From assembly GCA_965140585.1 (NCBI GenBank), contig OZ223269.1:96001-160000 (forward strand): 64,000 nucleotides of DNA, written 5' to 3'. Below, in pieces: positions 38,813 to 49,460 of the stretch. Numbering within the stretch: position 1 is the first letter of the stretch; each line of letters begins with the position of its first letter. Both the position numbers and the translations under genes were made by a program. This DNA is from Spirochaetia bacterium (GTDB lineage Bacteria > Spirochaetota > Spirochaetia > UBA9216). A model generated the notes under the pieces. The model ran no database searches and was not told the DNA's origin. It worked only from the letters and a program-made list of their open reading frames with translations.

Positions 38813-40672
38813 TTGTCCCGGACCAGGATTATCGATTCTATCAGACATAATTTTACGTTGAGACTCCTGTTTATTATTTTCTGTATTATCCTTATAGGCT
38901 TTGCCGCAATCGAGATTTCACTGAAGATGATAATTACACGCGATCTGCTTGATGAGAAAGAAAGACTGCTGTTCGGTCTGACCCATCAGCTTGATCATGC
39001 CCTTGAAGGTACATACTCGGATATACTTCAGGAGGCAGGAGCTCAGGATTCTGCGCGTGGTGAAAAAATAAAAATTCTCAATGAGCGGCTTGCTCCGATC
39101 ACCGATTTTGTAGCCTCGGGTATTGAAGGAGTAGGTGTCGGATACTACAGCAGGGAGCTTGATGCGATCATCACCTACGGACCGAGTTCCGATTTTCAGC
39201 ATACGGTAGGACAGCCGATTTTTGAGGGGCATCAGGGCTATGAAGTGATGGAACTTGGAGAACCCATAGTCCAGGAAGGAGAACTGGTAAGGGGTAAGAT
39301 TCTCAACTGTATGATTCCCATCATCAGAAGCGGGGCTGTTATCGGCTACATCTGGGCAAATGAGACCATGTCTGATATATCGATGCAGATGAACAGAATT
39401 CTTAATCAGGTCTTTCTGCTCATAATTCTTATTTTTTTTATTATCTATCTTGCCGTAGTTGCCATTACCAGAGGCTTTATAGGTCAGATTGATATAATCC
39501 GTGACGGTATCCAGCAGGTTATTACGCAGCCGATGTACCGGCTTCCTGAGATTCACGGTGAACTTAATATAATCGTTCAGAAAGTAAATGAGCTTTCCAA
39601 CAGTGTTGCATACTTCAAATCATATAACCGCTATGTTCTGGACAGTGTTGTGAACGGTGTTCTGGCTCTTACCGAATCCGGCACCATCGCTCTGGTTAAT
39701 CCTTCATTCAGGATGCTTTTTGATGTCGGTAGTAATGAAATTGTCGGCGAAGATATGAATAAAATTTTCATGGATCCTCTTCTGTCTCTTTTAAGAGAGG
39801 GGCTGAACTCCGGTTCAGGTTTGTCCAACAGGATTCTGGCTGATAAAGAACGCATTATGGAGGTTTCCAGCAATGCGATAAGAAGTGATCTCGCCGAGCG
39901 CCTTGGAGTAGTTTTTGTTTTCAGGGATGTTACGATAGTCAGGCAGTATGAACGTCAACTGAAAGAGAATGAAAGAATGGCGGCTCTGGGAGAGATGGGG
40001 CTTAATGTCGCCCATGAGATTAAAAATCCGCTCACGGCTGTTAAAGGATTTATCCAGCTGATTCAGAAGCGCGAGCTTCCTGAAGAGCGGCGCGAGTACT
40101 TCTTTTCACTGATAAACGAGGAACTGCAGAGGGTAAACGGTCTTCTGAATGAAATGCTCATTTACGGCGGGCGTTTTAGACTTCAGCCTGAAACTGTCAG
40201 CATTACCGGACTTCTTCAGGAGCTGCTGATAATTTACCGGAGTGTTTATCAGGATATAGATTTCACCTCGGATACCGGCCCTTCCTCTGAATGTTTTATC
40301 CGCATTGATAAGAATAAAATCACGCAGCTGCTGGATAACCTGGTGAAAAACAGTGTTGATGCCATAAGAGGAAACGGCAGTGAAAAGACAGAGAACCCCG
40401 GCCTGATTGAAATTGCTCTAGTCAGCGGTGATGAGGATGTCTGTATAAGAATAAGGGACAATGGTCCGGGTATTGCAGCTGATAAGCTTGCAAAAATATT
40501 CACTCCTTTTTTTACAACAAAACCTGAGGGATCCGGTTTCGGGCTTTCTCTCTGTGCCGAGATAATGGAAAAACATCGCGGTAGCATAACCGCAGACTCT
40601 GTTCCCGGTGAATATACTGAATTTACGGTTACATTCAACCGGAAAATACTGGAGACAATAGATGAAACATAA
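38813..40672 (+). CDS. atoS: Sensor histidine kinase (AtoS-like)
   Basis: Two TM, PAS-like region, AHEIKNPL H-box, DNGPGI and GSGFGL boxes. Adjacent to the ato genes. Confidence 0.8.
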   Translation: MSRTRIIDSIRHNFTLRLLFIIFCIILIGFAAIEISLKMIITRDLLDEKERLLFGLTHQLDHALEGTYSDILQEAGAQDSARGEKIKILNERLAPITDFVASGIEGVGVGYYSRELDAIITYGPSSDFQHTVGQPIFEGHQGYEVMELGEPIVQEGELVRGKILNCMIPIIRSGAVIGYIWANETMSDISMQMNRILNQVFLLIILIFFIIYLAVVAITRGFIGQIDIIRDGIQQVITQPMYRLPEIHGELNIIVQKVNELSNSVAYFKSYNRYVLDSVVNGVLALTESGTIALVNPSFRMLFDVGSNEIVGEDMNKIFMDPLLSLLREGLNSGSGLSNRILADKERIMEVSSNAIRSDLAERLGVVFVFRDVTIVRQYERQLKENERMAALGEMGLNVAHEIKNPLTAVKGFIQLIQKRELPEERREYFFSLINEELQRVNGLLNEMLIYGGRFRLQPETVSITGLLQELLIIYRSVYQDIDFTSDTGPSSECFIRIDKNKITQLLDNLVKNSVDAIRGNGSEKTENPGLIEIALVSGDEDVCIRIRDNGPGIAADKLAKIFTPFFTTKPEGSGFGLSLCAEIMEKHRGSITADSVPGEYTEFTVTFNRKILETIDET

Positions 40673-42002
40673 GCTGCTTATCGTTGATGATGAGAAGAAT
40701 GTAAGGGTTTTTCTTTCAGAACTTTTCAGAACCGACAGATTCGAAGTTGAAACAGCAGCAAACGGAGCCGAGGCTGTTGATGCTGCCAGAGATTTTCAGC
40801 CGGATGTAATCATTCTTGATCTTAAGCTTCCAGATGCAAACGGGGCTGATCTTATTGTTCCTCTTAAAAAGCTGTCTGAAGGTGTTGAGATAATCATAAT
40901 AACAGCACTCGGCACAATCGATAATGCTGTATCAACAATTAAATCAGGCGCTTATGATTTTATAACTAAACCGTTCGATGTGGACAGCATAACCATTGCA
41001 GTGGATCGCTGCCTGGAGTTCCGGGAAGTCAACAGGGAAAATATGATTCTTAAAAGGATGCAGCAGGAGTGCAACTACTTTCAGGAATTCATAGGTGAAA
41101 GCCCTGAAATAAAGACTATAAAAGCGCGGATTTTCAAGCTTGCAGATACCGATGTACCGGTTCTGATAACCGGAGAAACCGGCACCGGCAAAAATATCCT
41201 TGCCCATCAGATCCATCATACTTTAAATGCATCGACCTCTCCGCTTGTTTATGTAAACTGTGCAACGCTTTCAGAAACTCTTTTTGAATCTGAATTATTC
41301 GGGCACGAGAAAGGAGCTTTTACCGGGGCTGTTGAAAGTAAATCAGGACGGGTGGAAGATGCTGACGGCGGCACATTGATACTGGATGAAATATCCGAGA
41401 TTCCAATTAATATTCAGGCCAAGCTTTTAAGTTTTCTGCAGGATAAGAGTTTTTACCGTGTCGGGGGCAGGCATCAGAAAAGTGTTCAGGTTAGGATCAT
41501 TGCCCTGACAAACCGGAAATTGGAAGATGAAATTGAGAAAGGAACTTTTCGAAAGGACCTTTTTTACAGACTGAATGTAATCAAATTCGACATCCCTCCG
41601 TTAAGAGAGCGGGCCGTAGATATTCCGCTTCTTGCTTCTCATTTCATGAAGATGTTTAATGCAAGATACGGCGAGCGCTCAGCCTGGCTGAATAAAGAGC
41701 AGATGCTGCAGCTTCAGCGCTGCAGCTGGCCGGGAAACACCAGAGAACTTAAGAATATTCTGGAGCAGGCATACATCTACAGTGAAAACGGTGAGATGAA
41801 GCTCGAGAATATTGAAGAAGGCAATTCTGATAAAATAAATTGCTCAGGCGACCTGAAGTTTCAGATGGATGCTTATGAGAAAAAACTGATACTGCAGGCG
41901 CTGTCTGAAAACGGCGGAAACAGGGCTATGACTGCTGAGGCGCTTGGGATAAGCATCCGGACACTGCATTACCGGCTCAATTACTATGATATTCAGGATT
42001 AG
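40662..42002 (+). CDS. atoC: Sigma54-dependent response regulator (AtoC-like)
   Basis: REC domain, GETGTGK, GAFTGA, DEI, WPGNTREL, Fis-type HTH. Confidence 0.8.
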   Translation: MKHKLLIVDDEKNVRVFLSELFRTDRFEVETAANGAEAVDAARDFQPDVIILDLKLPDANGADLIVPLKKLSEGVEIIIITALGTIDNAVSTIKSGAYDFITKPFDVDSITIAVDRCLEFREVNRENMILKRMQQECNYFQEFIGESPEIKTIKARIFKLADTDVPVLITGETGTGKNILAHQIHHTLNASTSPLVYVNCATLSETLFESELFGHEKGAFTGAVESKSGRVEDADGGTLILDEISEIPINIQAKLLSFLQDKSFYRVGGRHQKSVQVRIIALTNRKLEDEIEKGTFRKDLFYRLNVIKFDIPPLRERAVDIPLLASHFMKMFNARYGERSAWLNKEQMLQLQRCSWPGNTRELKNILEQAYIYSENGEMKLENIEEGNSDKINCSGDLKFQMDAYEKKLILQALSENGGNRAMTAEALGISIRTLHYRLNYYDIQD

Positions 42003-42004
42003 CA

Positions 42005-42076
42005 TCTGCAGGAATTTGCAGACATGATGAAAGAGTTTGCAGATTAAGCTGCAGATTATGCAGCGCCTCCTGCAAA
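42005..42076 (+). promoter_or_regulatory. Candidate upstream activator sites for the AtoC-like regulator
   Basis: Repeated TGCAG...TGCA dyads (TCTGCAGGAATTTGCAGA, TTGCAGATTAAGCTGCAG, TGCAGCGCCTCCTGCAA) about 85-150 bp upstream of the sigma54 promoter. Confidence 0.6.
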
Positions 42077-42158
42077 GCTGGAATACGCCGTCGCTGTAAC
42101 TAACTGTCCTACAATGAAATAATAAAAATAAATAAAAAATTATCAAAAACTCTAAATC

Positions 42159-42174
42159 TGGCATCAAAAATGCA
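42159..42174 (+). promoter_or_regulatory. Sigma54 -24/-12 promoter
   Basis: TGGCATCAAAAATGCA has GG-N10-GC spacing, lies upstream of atoE and follows an AT-rich tract. Confidence 0.8.
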
Positions 42175-42208
42175 TATATAGGGCACAAATCATTATTGGA
42201 GGTATCAA

Positions 42209-43543
42209 ATGATACGTGTCTTAGGGAATTTTTTCGCAAAAGTAGCCCGAAGGTGGCTTCCTGATGCATTCCTGTTTGCTTTGATTCTTTCTTTTATTGT
42301 ATTCATACTGGGTATGGTAGTTGAAGGTCAGAGTTTTATAGCAATGACAGGTTACTTTGGCGGAGGAATGTGGGCATTTCTTGCTTTCTCAATGCAGATG
42401 GCCCTTATTATTGTAACCGGAAGCGCAATGGCACAGTCAAAGCCGGTTCATAAGTTCTTGAAAAGTATAGCAAAGCTTGCCAAGACTCCTACACAGGCTA
42501 TCGTTCTTGTTTCTTTTGTAGCTGCTATCTGCTGCTGGTTGAACTGGGGTTTCGGTCTCATTATCGGTGCTCTTCTTGCAAAGGAACTTGCAAAGAATGT
42601 ACGCGGTCTTCATTACCCGCTTCTCGTTGCTGCTGCATACAGCGGATTCGTAGTCTGGCACGCAGGTCTTTCAGGGTCTATTCCCCTGAAAATTGCAGGA
42701 GCTGATTCCATTATGCAGAAATTTGCAGATGGCGCCATTGTACCCGCTTCCGAAACAATTTTCTCAGTTCAGAACCTGATACTTGTTGCTATTCTGGTTA
42801 TTACAATGCCGCTTATTAACCGCTTTATGCACCCCAAGAAAAAGGATGAGATTTTTGAGGTTGCCCCGAATCTGTTTGAAGATGAAGAAGAGGTAGAGGT
42901 TATTAAGGATAAAAAGGACATGACTCCTGCTGAAAAGCTTGAGAATAACATGATTCTTTCAATTATCATCGGTGCTATTGGTCTTGTTTACATTGTTTAC
43001 TATTTTGCAAAGGGTGGTGGAATCTCTCTTGATATCGTTAACTTTATCTTCCTCATCGTAGGTATCCTGCTTCACAAGACTCCGATTAGATATGTACGTG
43101 CTGTAGTTGAGGCTACAAAGGGTGTGGGCGGAGTTGTTCTGCAGTTCCCCTTCTATGCAGGTATCATGGGTATGATGATTAACAGCGGTCTTGCAAGCAC
43201 CTTCTCACAGGGCTTTGTAAATATCTCAAACGATACAACATTTCCGTTTTTTACCTTCCTTTCTGCCGGAGTTGTTAACTTTTTTGTTCCTTCAGGCGGC
43301 GGTCAGTGGGGTGTTCAGGGTCCTATTATGATTCCTGCGGCAAAACAGCTTGGTGTTTCATTTGCATCAACTTCAATGGCGGTAGCCTGGGGTGATGCCT
43401 GGACCAACATGATTCAGCCTTTCTGGGCTCTCCCTCTGCTCGGTGTAGCCAAGCTTAATATCAGGGATATCATGGGCTATACAACCGTGATACTTCTCTA
43501 TACGGGAATTGTAATTTCACTTTTCATGTTGTTTGCATTTTAG
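42209..43543 (+). CDS. atoE: Short-chain fatty acid transporter
   Basis: LPDAF, FSMQM, VWHAGLSGS, FVPSGGGQW, WGDAWTNMIQPFWALP. Confidence 0.93.
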   Translation: MIRVLGNFFAKVARRWLPDAFLFALILSFIVFILGMVVEGQSFIAMTGYFGGGMWAFLAFSMQMALIIVTGSAMAQSKPVHKFLKSIAKLAKTPTQAIVLVSFVAAICCWLNWGFGLIIGALLAKELAKNVRGLHYPLLVAAAYSGFVVWHAGLSGSIPLKIAGADSIMQKFADGAIVPASETIFSVQNLILVAILVITMPLINRFMHPKKKDEIFEVAPNLFEDEEEVEVIKDKKDMTPAEKLENNMILSIIIGAIGLVYIVYYFAKGGGISLDIVNFIFLIVGILLHKTPIRYVRAVVEATKGVGGVVLQFPFYAGIMGMMINSGLASTFSQGFVNISNDTTFPFFTFLSAGVVNFFVPSGGGQWGVQGPIMIPAAKQLGVSFASTSMAVAWGDAWTNMIQPFWALPLLGVAKLNIRDIMGYTTVILLYTGIVISLFMLFAF

Positions 43544-43552
43544 AGGATTTGA

Positions 43553-44731
43553 ATGAAAGATGTATTTCTAGTTGACGGCGGACGAACCGCCGTCGGTTCT
43601 TTCAGCGGAAGCCTGTCAGCCGTTAACCCGGCTGACACCGCTGCAACTGTAATTAAGGCACTGCTCGATCGTCAGGACCTTAAACCGGAAGACGTTGATG
43701 AGGTAGTACTCGGCTGCGTTCTTCAAACTGCACTTGGCCAGAATATCAGCCGTCAGGCTCTGATAAAGTCCGGAATCCCGGTGGAGAAAACCGCATATAC
43801 AATAAATATGGTCTGCGGTTCCGGCCTCCGGAGTATCATGCTGGCATCACAGAGCGTAATGTGCGGTGATGCTGATATGATAATAGCCGGCGGTACAGAG
43901 AATATGTCCATGGCGCCATATGCACTACCCGGAGCAAGAAATGGTTACCGGATGGGCGACAATAAAATTGTTGATACTATGGTACATGACGGATTATGGG
44001 ATATTTTCAATAATTACCATATGGGAATAACTGCAGAGAATCTTGCTGAAAAATACAGCATAAGCCGTGATGAGCAGGATGCATTTGCTGCTGCTTCCCA
44101 GAATAAGGCAGAGGCTGCAAGAAACGCTGGAAAATTTAAGGATGAAATAATTCCTGTTGTGATTCCCCAGCGAAAGGGTGAACCGGTAATTTTTGAAAAC
44201 GATGAGTTTATCCGTGACGGAGTAACTGCCGAATCTCTAGGCAAACTTAAACCTGCCTTTAAAAAGGACGGTACCGTAACAGCAGGAAATGCTTCAGGAA
44301 TAAACGACGGAGCAGCCGGGTTTATTGTGGCGTCAGGTGATTTTGTTAAAGAAAGAAAACTGCAGCCGCTTGCAAGGGTCGTATCATACGGTTATGCAGG
44401 AGTAGATCCTTCAATAATGGGTTTCGGTCCGGTTGATGCGGTAAAAACCGCACTGAAGAAGGCCGGCTGGAGTGTTTCGGATCTTCAGCTTGTTGAAGCC
44501 AACGAGGCTTTCGCAGCTCAGGCGATATCGGTAAACAAGGCTCTCGGCTGGGATACCTCCATTGTAAACGTGAACGGCGGTGCTATTGCGATAGGCCATC
44601 CAATAGGTGCCAGCGGTACCAGAATCCTTACTACTCTGGTTTATGAAATGAAAAAGCGGAATCTCAGTAAGGGGCTTGCAACACTCTGTATCGGAGGCGG
44701 AATGGGTGCCGCACTCTGCGTAGAGATGTAA
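43553..44731 (+). CDS. atoB: Acetyl-CoA acetyltransferase (thiolase)
   Basis: [24 protein letters not shown]. Confidence 0.93.
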   Translation: MKDVFLVDGGRTAVGSFSGSLSAVNPADTAATVIKALLDRQDLKPEDVDEVVLGCVLQTALGQNISRQALIKSGIPVEKTAYTINMVCGSGLRSIMLASQSVMCGDADMIIAGGTENMSMAPYALPGARNGYRMGDNKIVDTMVHDGLWDIFNNYHMGITAENLAEKYSISRDEQDAFAAASQNKAEAARNAGKFKDEIIPVVIPQRKGEPVIFENDEFIRDGVTAESLGKLKPAFKKDGTVTAGNASGINDGAAGFIVASGDFVKERKLQPLARVVSYGYAGVDPSIMGFGPVDAVKTALKKAGWSVSDLQLVEANEAFAAQAISVNKALGWDTSIVNVNGGAIAIGHPIGASGTRILTTLVYEMKKRNLSKGLATLCIGGGMGAALCVEM

Positions 44732-44743
44732 GGAGAGACGGTT

Positions 44744-45418
44744 ATGGTAGAAAAGCAGATTTTAACTGCGGCTGAAGCCGTCAAACTGATTCCGGACAAT
44801 GCAGTTATTATGGTCGGCGGCTTCATGGGCTGTGGCTCACCGCCGAAGCTTCTTGAGGAATTGAAAGCCTCTGGAAGAAAAAACTTCACAATGGTGGGAA
44901 ACGATTGCGGCTGGCATAATGAGGCTGCAGGTAAAATAGAAGGCGTTGCTATAAATGTAGCTGAGAAGCAGTTCTCTAAAGTTATAGCAACTCATATTGG
45001 ACTGAATGCCGAAGTCCAGCGGCAGATGATAGCCGGAGAAACCGAGGTTGAGCTTATTCCCCAGGGTACTCTTGCCGAGCAGATAAGAGCTGCAGGCTGC
45101 GGTCTTGGAGGAATCCTTACGCCTACCGGAGTAGGTACCGAGGTTGAGGAAGGAAAGACTGTCCATGAAATCAACGGTGTAAAGTACCTGATTGAGAAGG
45201 CTCTTAAAGGTGATGTGGCTTTAATCCGTGCTGCAAAGGCTGATAAAGCCGGTAACCTGGTTTACTCAAAATCAGCCCGCAATTTCAATCCGCTAATGGC
45301 TATGGCATGCGACCTTGTTATTGTAGAAGCTGATGAAATAGTTGAGATTGGCGAACTGGATCCTGAAGTTGTTGTTACTCCTTCTGTATTCGTAAAAGTA
45401 CTGGTGAAAGGAGCATAA
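44744..45418 (+). CDS. atoD: Acetate/3-oxoacid CoA-transferase alpha subunit
   Basis: GGFMGCGSP, PQGTLAE, TPTGVGT, ARNFNP. Confidence 0.9.
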   Translation: MVEKQILTAAEAVKLIPDNAVIMVGGFMGCGSPPKLLEELKASGRKNFTMVGNDCGWHNEAAGKIEGVAINVAEKQFSKVIATHIGLNAEVQRQMIAGETEVELIPQGTLAEQIRAAGCGLGGILTPTGVGTEVEEGKTVHEINGVKYLIEKALKGDVALIRAAKADKAGNLVYSKSARNFNPLMAMACDLVIVEADEIVEIGELDPEVVVTPSVFVKVLVKGA

Positions 45419-45420
45419 CG

Positions 45421-46086
45421 ATGGAATATAAGCCGAATAAGAATATTATTGCAAAAAGAATTGCACGGTTTTTCAGCTCCGGAGATGTAGTTAACCTTGG
45501 AATCGGTCTGCCGACACTTGTTGGAAATTATGTTCCGGATGATGTTGATGTTACACTTCAGTCAGAGAACGGTTTTCTCGGACTTGGACCAGCACCGGAA
45601 GCGGGGCAGGAAATCCCCTTTCTTGAGAATGCCGGCGGAATGCCTGTTACAATGCTGAGTGGAGGCTGCTACTTTGATTCAGCCACTTCTTTCGGAATTA
45701 TCCGCGGCGGACATGTTGATTATACGGTTCTGGGTGTGCTTCAGGTCGATCAGAACGGAAACCTTGCTAACTACAAGATTCCGGGAAAGATGGTTCCCGG
45801 CATGGGTGGTGCAATGGATCTTACAGTAGGCGCCAAGGTGGTTATATGCGCCGGTGTTCATTTTGAAAAAAACGGAGGGTCAAAGCTCCTTCGTCAATGT
45901 ACGCTTCCTCTTACTGCGGTCGGGCAGGTTGACTATCTTGTGACCGATGTCGGAGTTTTTAAGATAAAAGACGAAAAATTTATTATGCAGGAAGTTTTTG
46001 CGCCGTATACGGCAGAATTTGTATTGGAAAATACAGAAGCAGATGTAGTAAAGGCGCCTGATTTTAAGATTGTCGAGATTGAATAA
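45421..46086 (+). CDS. atoA: Acetate/3-oxoacid CoA-transferase beta subunit
   Basis: NLGIGLPT, SENG catalytic motif, PGMGGAMDL. Confidence 0.9.
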   Translation: MEYKPNKNIIAKRIARFFSSGDVVNLGIGLPTLVGNYVPDDVDVTLQSENGFLGLGPAPEAGQEIPFLENAGGMPVTMLSGGCYFDSATSFGIIRGGHVDYTVLGVLQVDQNGNLANYKIPGKMVPGMGGAMDLTVGAKVVICAGVHFEKNGGSKLLRQCTLPLTAVGQVDYLVTDVGVFKIKDEKFIMQEVFAPYTAEFVLENTEADVVKAPDFKIVEIE

Positions 46087-46129
46087 ATCTCTCCTTTTAT
46101 ACTCCTCAAATTTGCTGCTTCCCCTGACA

Positions 46130-47645
46130 TTATAGGTCACAGGGGAGCAGCATTCTTTTTATCAGCTCTACAATATCTTTGAGTGCTGTATCGGTGTTTC
46201 CGGTCTGCATTTTGCTTGAACCCTGAATTACATTTGAAGAAACAGTTTCAAGTTCAGAGATCGCATCGTTAAGTTTTTCAGAAAACTCTACAACTGTTTT
46301 GGTGAAGCTGCTCATGTTCTCAACAGCCTTCTGTACATCTGTAACATGAAGATCGATCTGCTGAAATGAAGACTGAACGGTCTTTGACTCTTCACCTACA
46401 TTTTCTATGTTACCGAGAACCTGATTCAGATTATGTCCAATGCTTTTTGACTGTTCTGATGCAGTCTCTGCAAGTTTTCTGATTTCATCCGCTACAACGG
46501 CAAAGCCCTTTCCTGCCTCTCCGGCATGTGCTGCTTCAATTGCGGCATTCATGGCAAGCAGATTCGTCTGGCTTGCAACTGAGGCTATCATGGTGTTGGC
46601 TTCTACAAGATGGCTTGAATCCTCATTTATGGTATTCACAAGATTCTGCATGGTCTGGATTCTTCTGTTTCAATCCTGAGAGACACTTACGAGTGATTCA
46701 GATTTCTCAAGGCCCTGTTTTGATAAATCAGTCAGCTGTGAGTTGAATATCAGAAGCTCCCTCAGAGCATCGGACGATAACTGCAGTATGCTGCGCTGCT
46801 GACCGATGCTGTCGTTCAGGGAGTCGATATTTCTGGCCAGCTCTTCCACTGATGCGGTTGTTTCTGCAACACTTGATGCATGAGCGGACATTTCCTCGTT
46901 AGTTTCACTGAGGTTCTCTCTAATCTGAACGACTGCAGAGGCAATACCTGAAACTATTCCGCCAAGTTCCTGTTTATTGTCTGAAAGTACGTTTATGGTA
47001 TTGAGGATGTTTCTGAATCCGCTGTTAAGTTTTGCGAACAGAGAGTTTGCCATCAGTGCTACAAGACTTATTTCGTCAGTTGAATGAGCCGGAACCGATA
47101 CTGTAAAATCACCCGAAACACCCACTTCAAAGGTTGTCACCATGGTTCTAAGTGGGCTTACTATGTTGTTCATAACCAGACCGAGCATAATGAATATGAA
47201 CACAATCGCGGTTCCCCCTGCACTGATAAAAAGTACGGGAATACTGACCGGCAGTGTTTTCCCAAGTTCAAAAAGTGCTATTGATGAAATCGTTGCTATC
47301 ATAATAAACATCAGGATTGTTCCAATAAAAGATGCCAGGATAACAAGGTAAAGTTTGATTTTGATAGTTAAAATACTTGATTTCATCCCACGAGGGATCC
47401 CGGTCTCTGTACTTCCGGGCAAACAATTGTACGGGTACAATTGCCATTACGACTCCGATAAGTATTGTAGAAAGTGTTAAAAGAGTTGAGAGCGGGGCTG
47501 TTAAAAGAAGCTTTAGTTCATTCATAGTCATGTAGCCGCTTAATACAGTAAAAGATGCCAGCAAAAGCGGTGACAAAACTGGGCATGAGAGGAATACCAG
47601 GAGTCCTCGAGTTGTTAATTTTTTAACATAATTCCGGTTCAGCAC
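46130..47645 (-). pseudogene. Methyl-accepting chemotaxis protein pseudogene
   Basis: Three pieces: 47268..47645, then a frameshift near 47400 into 46670..47440 (TM plus HAMP), then an in-frame TGA at 46670-46672 before the [27 protein letters not shown] signalling tip. C-terminus looks truncated. Confidence 0.85.
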
Positions 47646-47727
47646 AGAATTCTCCTTTATAATTAATACTTTGGTTTATTATCGGTAAAAACTTGATTTT
47701 GAGGTATTTGAACTTATGATTAATCTT

Positions 47728-49342
47728 ATGAGAAAGATAAGCTTAAAATAATGTTTTTACTGATCTGCTGATCTGCTGATCTGCTGATCTGCTGTCTGCA
47801 GGTCTTATTCTGGGTGCGGTTGCCGTTATGCAGATAAATGCTATGGGAAGAGCTAATCTGGAAGCTCTTGAGCAGAAGCTTCGTGATGATTATGACCTTA
47901 TGCTTAAAAATCAGATAGAGTCGGCAGTTTCGATAGTTGAAGCCATATATGAAAAGCTCAATGAATTAGGTGAAGAAAGAGCCTATACTGAAGCTGCGGA
48001 CGTGATCCGTTCAATAAGTTATGGTGAAAGCGGATATGTCTTTGTTTATGATTCTGCAGGAACAACTGTTGTTCTTCTCGGGAATGATCTTGAAGGGACG
48101 AACAGATGGGATCTGAAGGACGCATTCGGTAACTATATAATTCGTGATATTGTAAATGCGGCATAAAACGGTGACGGCTTCAGTACCTACTATTATCCAA
48201 AGCCCGGAGAGACCGAAGCTCTTCCAAAACGGGCTTATAATCAGTACTTTGCACCTTATGACTGGACTCTGGGCACCGGAAACTATATTGACGACATAGA
48301 TAAGGTTATTAAGGAAGAGGAAGAAAATATAGCGACTGTCATTTTTAATATTATACGGATCATTCTTATTATCGATGCAGGTATCATCCTTGTATCAATA
48401 TTTATTGCCTGGCTGATTGGAAAGCGTATTTCGCGACCGCTTGAAATTCTTGTCGAAAAGGTAAGTCTCATTGCCGACGGCAATCTTGATGTTGTATTTG
48501 ATATTAAGAGCAAGGACGAAACCCGGACCCTCTCTGATGCCCTTGGCAGAATGGAAATCCAGCTGAACAGGATAATCACAAATATTATTGAAATCACTCT
48601 GAAGATAAACAGTAGTGCTCAGCAGGTCGCAGAATCTGCCGCGCAGGTAGCCTCGGGTTCTTCAGAACAGGCGGCTAATGCTGAGGAAATCTCTGCGTCA
48701 ATGGAACAGCTTGTTTCAAACATCCATCAGAATACAGATAATTCACGTGAATCAAACAAAATAGTAGGCAAGGCTGCTGAGGAAGCTGATGCAGGCGGAC
48801 ATGCCGTAGAGGCTTCTGTTGAGATGATGACCCTGATAGCCGGAAAGATTAAGGTAATTGAAGAAATTGCAAGGAACACTAACCTTCTTGCTTTAAATGC
48901 TTCAATAGAAGCAGCCAGAGCAGGAGAGGCTGGAAAAGGCTTTTCGGTTGTCGCAACAGAGGTTAGCAAGCTTGCATCAAGCAGTCAGAGTGCCGCAGGA
49001 GAGATAACCTCATTATCCGGAGAAAGCGTAGGCAAGGCCAACGAGACTATGAGAATCATTCAGGAGATGATTCCCGCGATACGCAAGTCTGCGGATATTG
49101 CTGCTGAGATTATGGCCGGTTCAGAAGAACAGGCAAAGGGTGCAGAACAGGTAAATACCGCCCTCATGCAGATGGATGATGTCATACAGGCAAATGCCGC
49201 TGCGAGTGAGGAAATAGCATCAATGGCTGAAGAGCTGCGACGCAATTCCGATGATCTTAATGAAGCCGTAGGGTTCTTTAAAACTTCTGATTCATACGTT
49301 GAAACAGAAACAAATCATAAGAGTATGAAATACCTGGAATAG
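47728..49342 (+). pseudogene. Cache-domain methyl-accepting chemotaxis protein pseudogene
   Basis: Disrupted 5' end (frameshift plus 8-bp repeat). An in-frame TAA at 48164-48166 lies inside the sCache domain (GYVFVYD...YYYPKPG...[11 protein letters not shown]). Reading through it joins ORF 48551 ([16 protein letters not shown]). Confidence 0.85.
47760..47791 (+). repeat. Tandem repeat (CTGATCTG)x4
   Basis: Four exact 8-bp units in the 5' end of the MCP pseudogene. Confidence 0.95.
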
Positions 49343-49460
49343 CTCCGGGTATTTAAACTTCAGTCCCTCTGGCTTTATATTGACTACATAATAAAACTGT
49401 AGTACTTTATGTATACTTAATAAGCTTAAATATAATTAAATTCAATAACAGAGGTTTTTT

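Noticed and set aside
47760-47791. CRISPR array or functional phase-variation switch
   Set aside because: The units are 8 bp with no spacers, no cas genes are present, and no non-zero unit number restores the frame without a stop.
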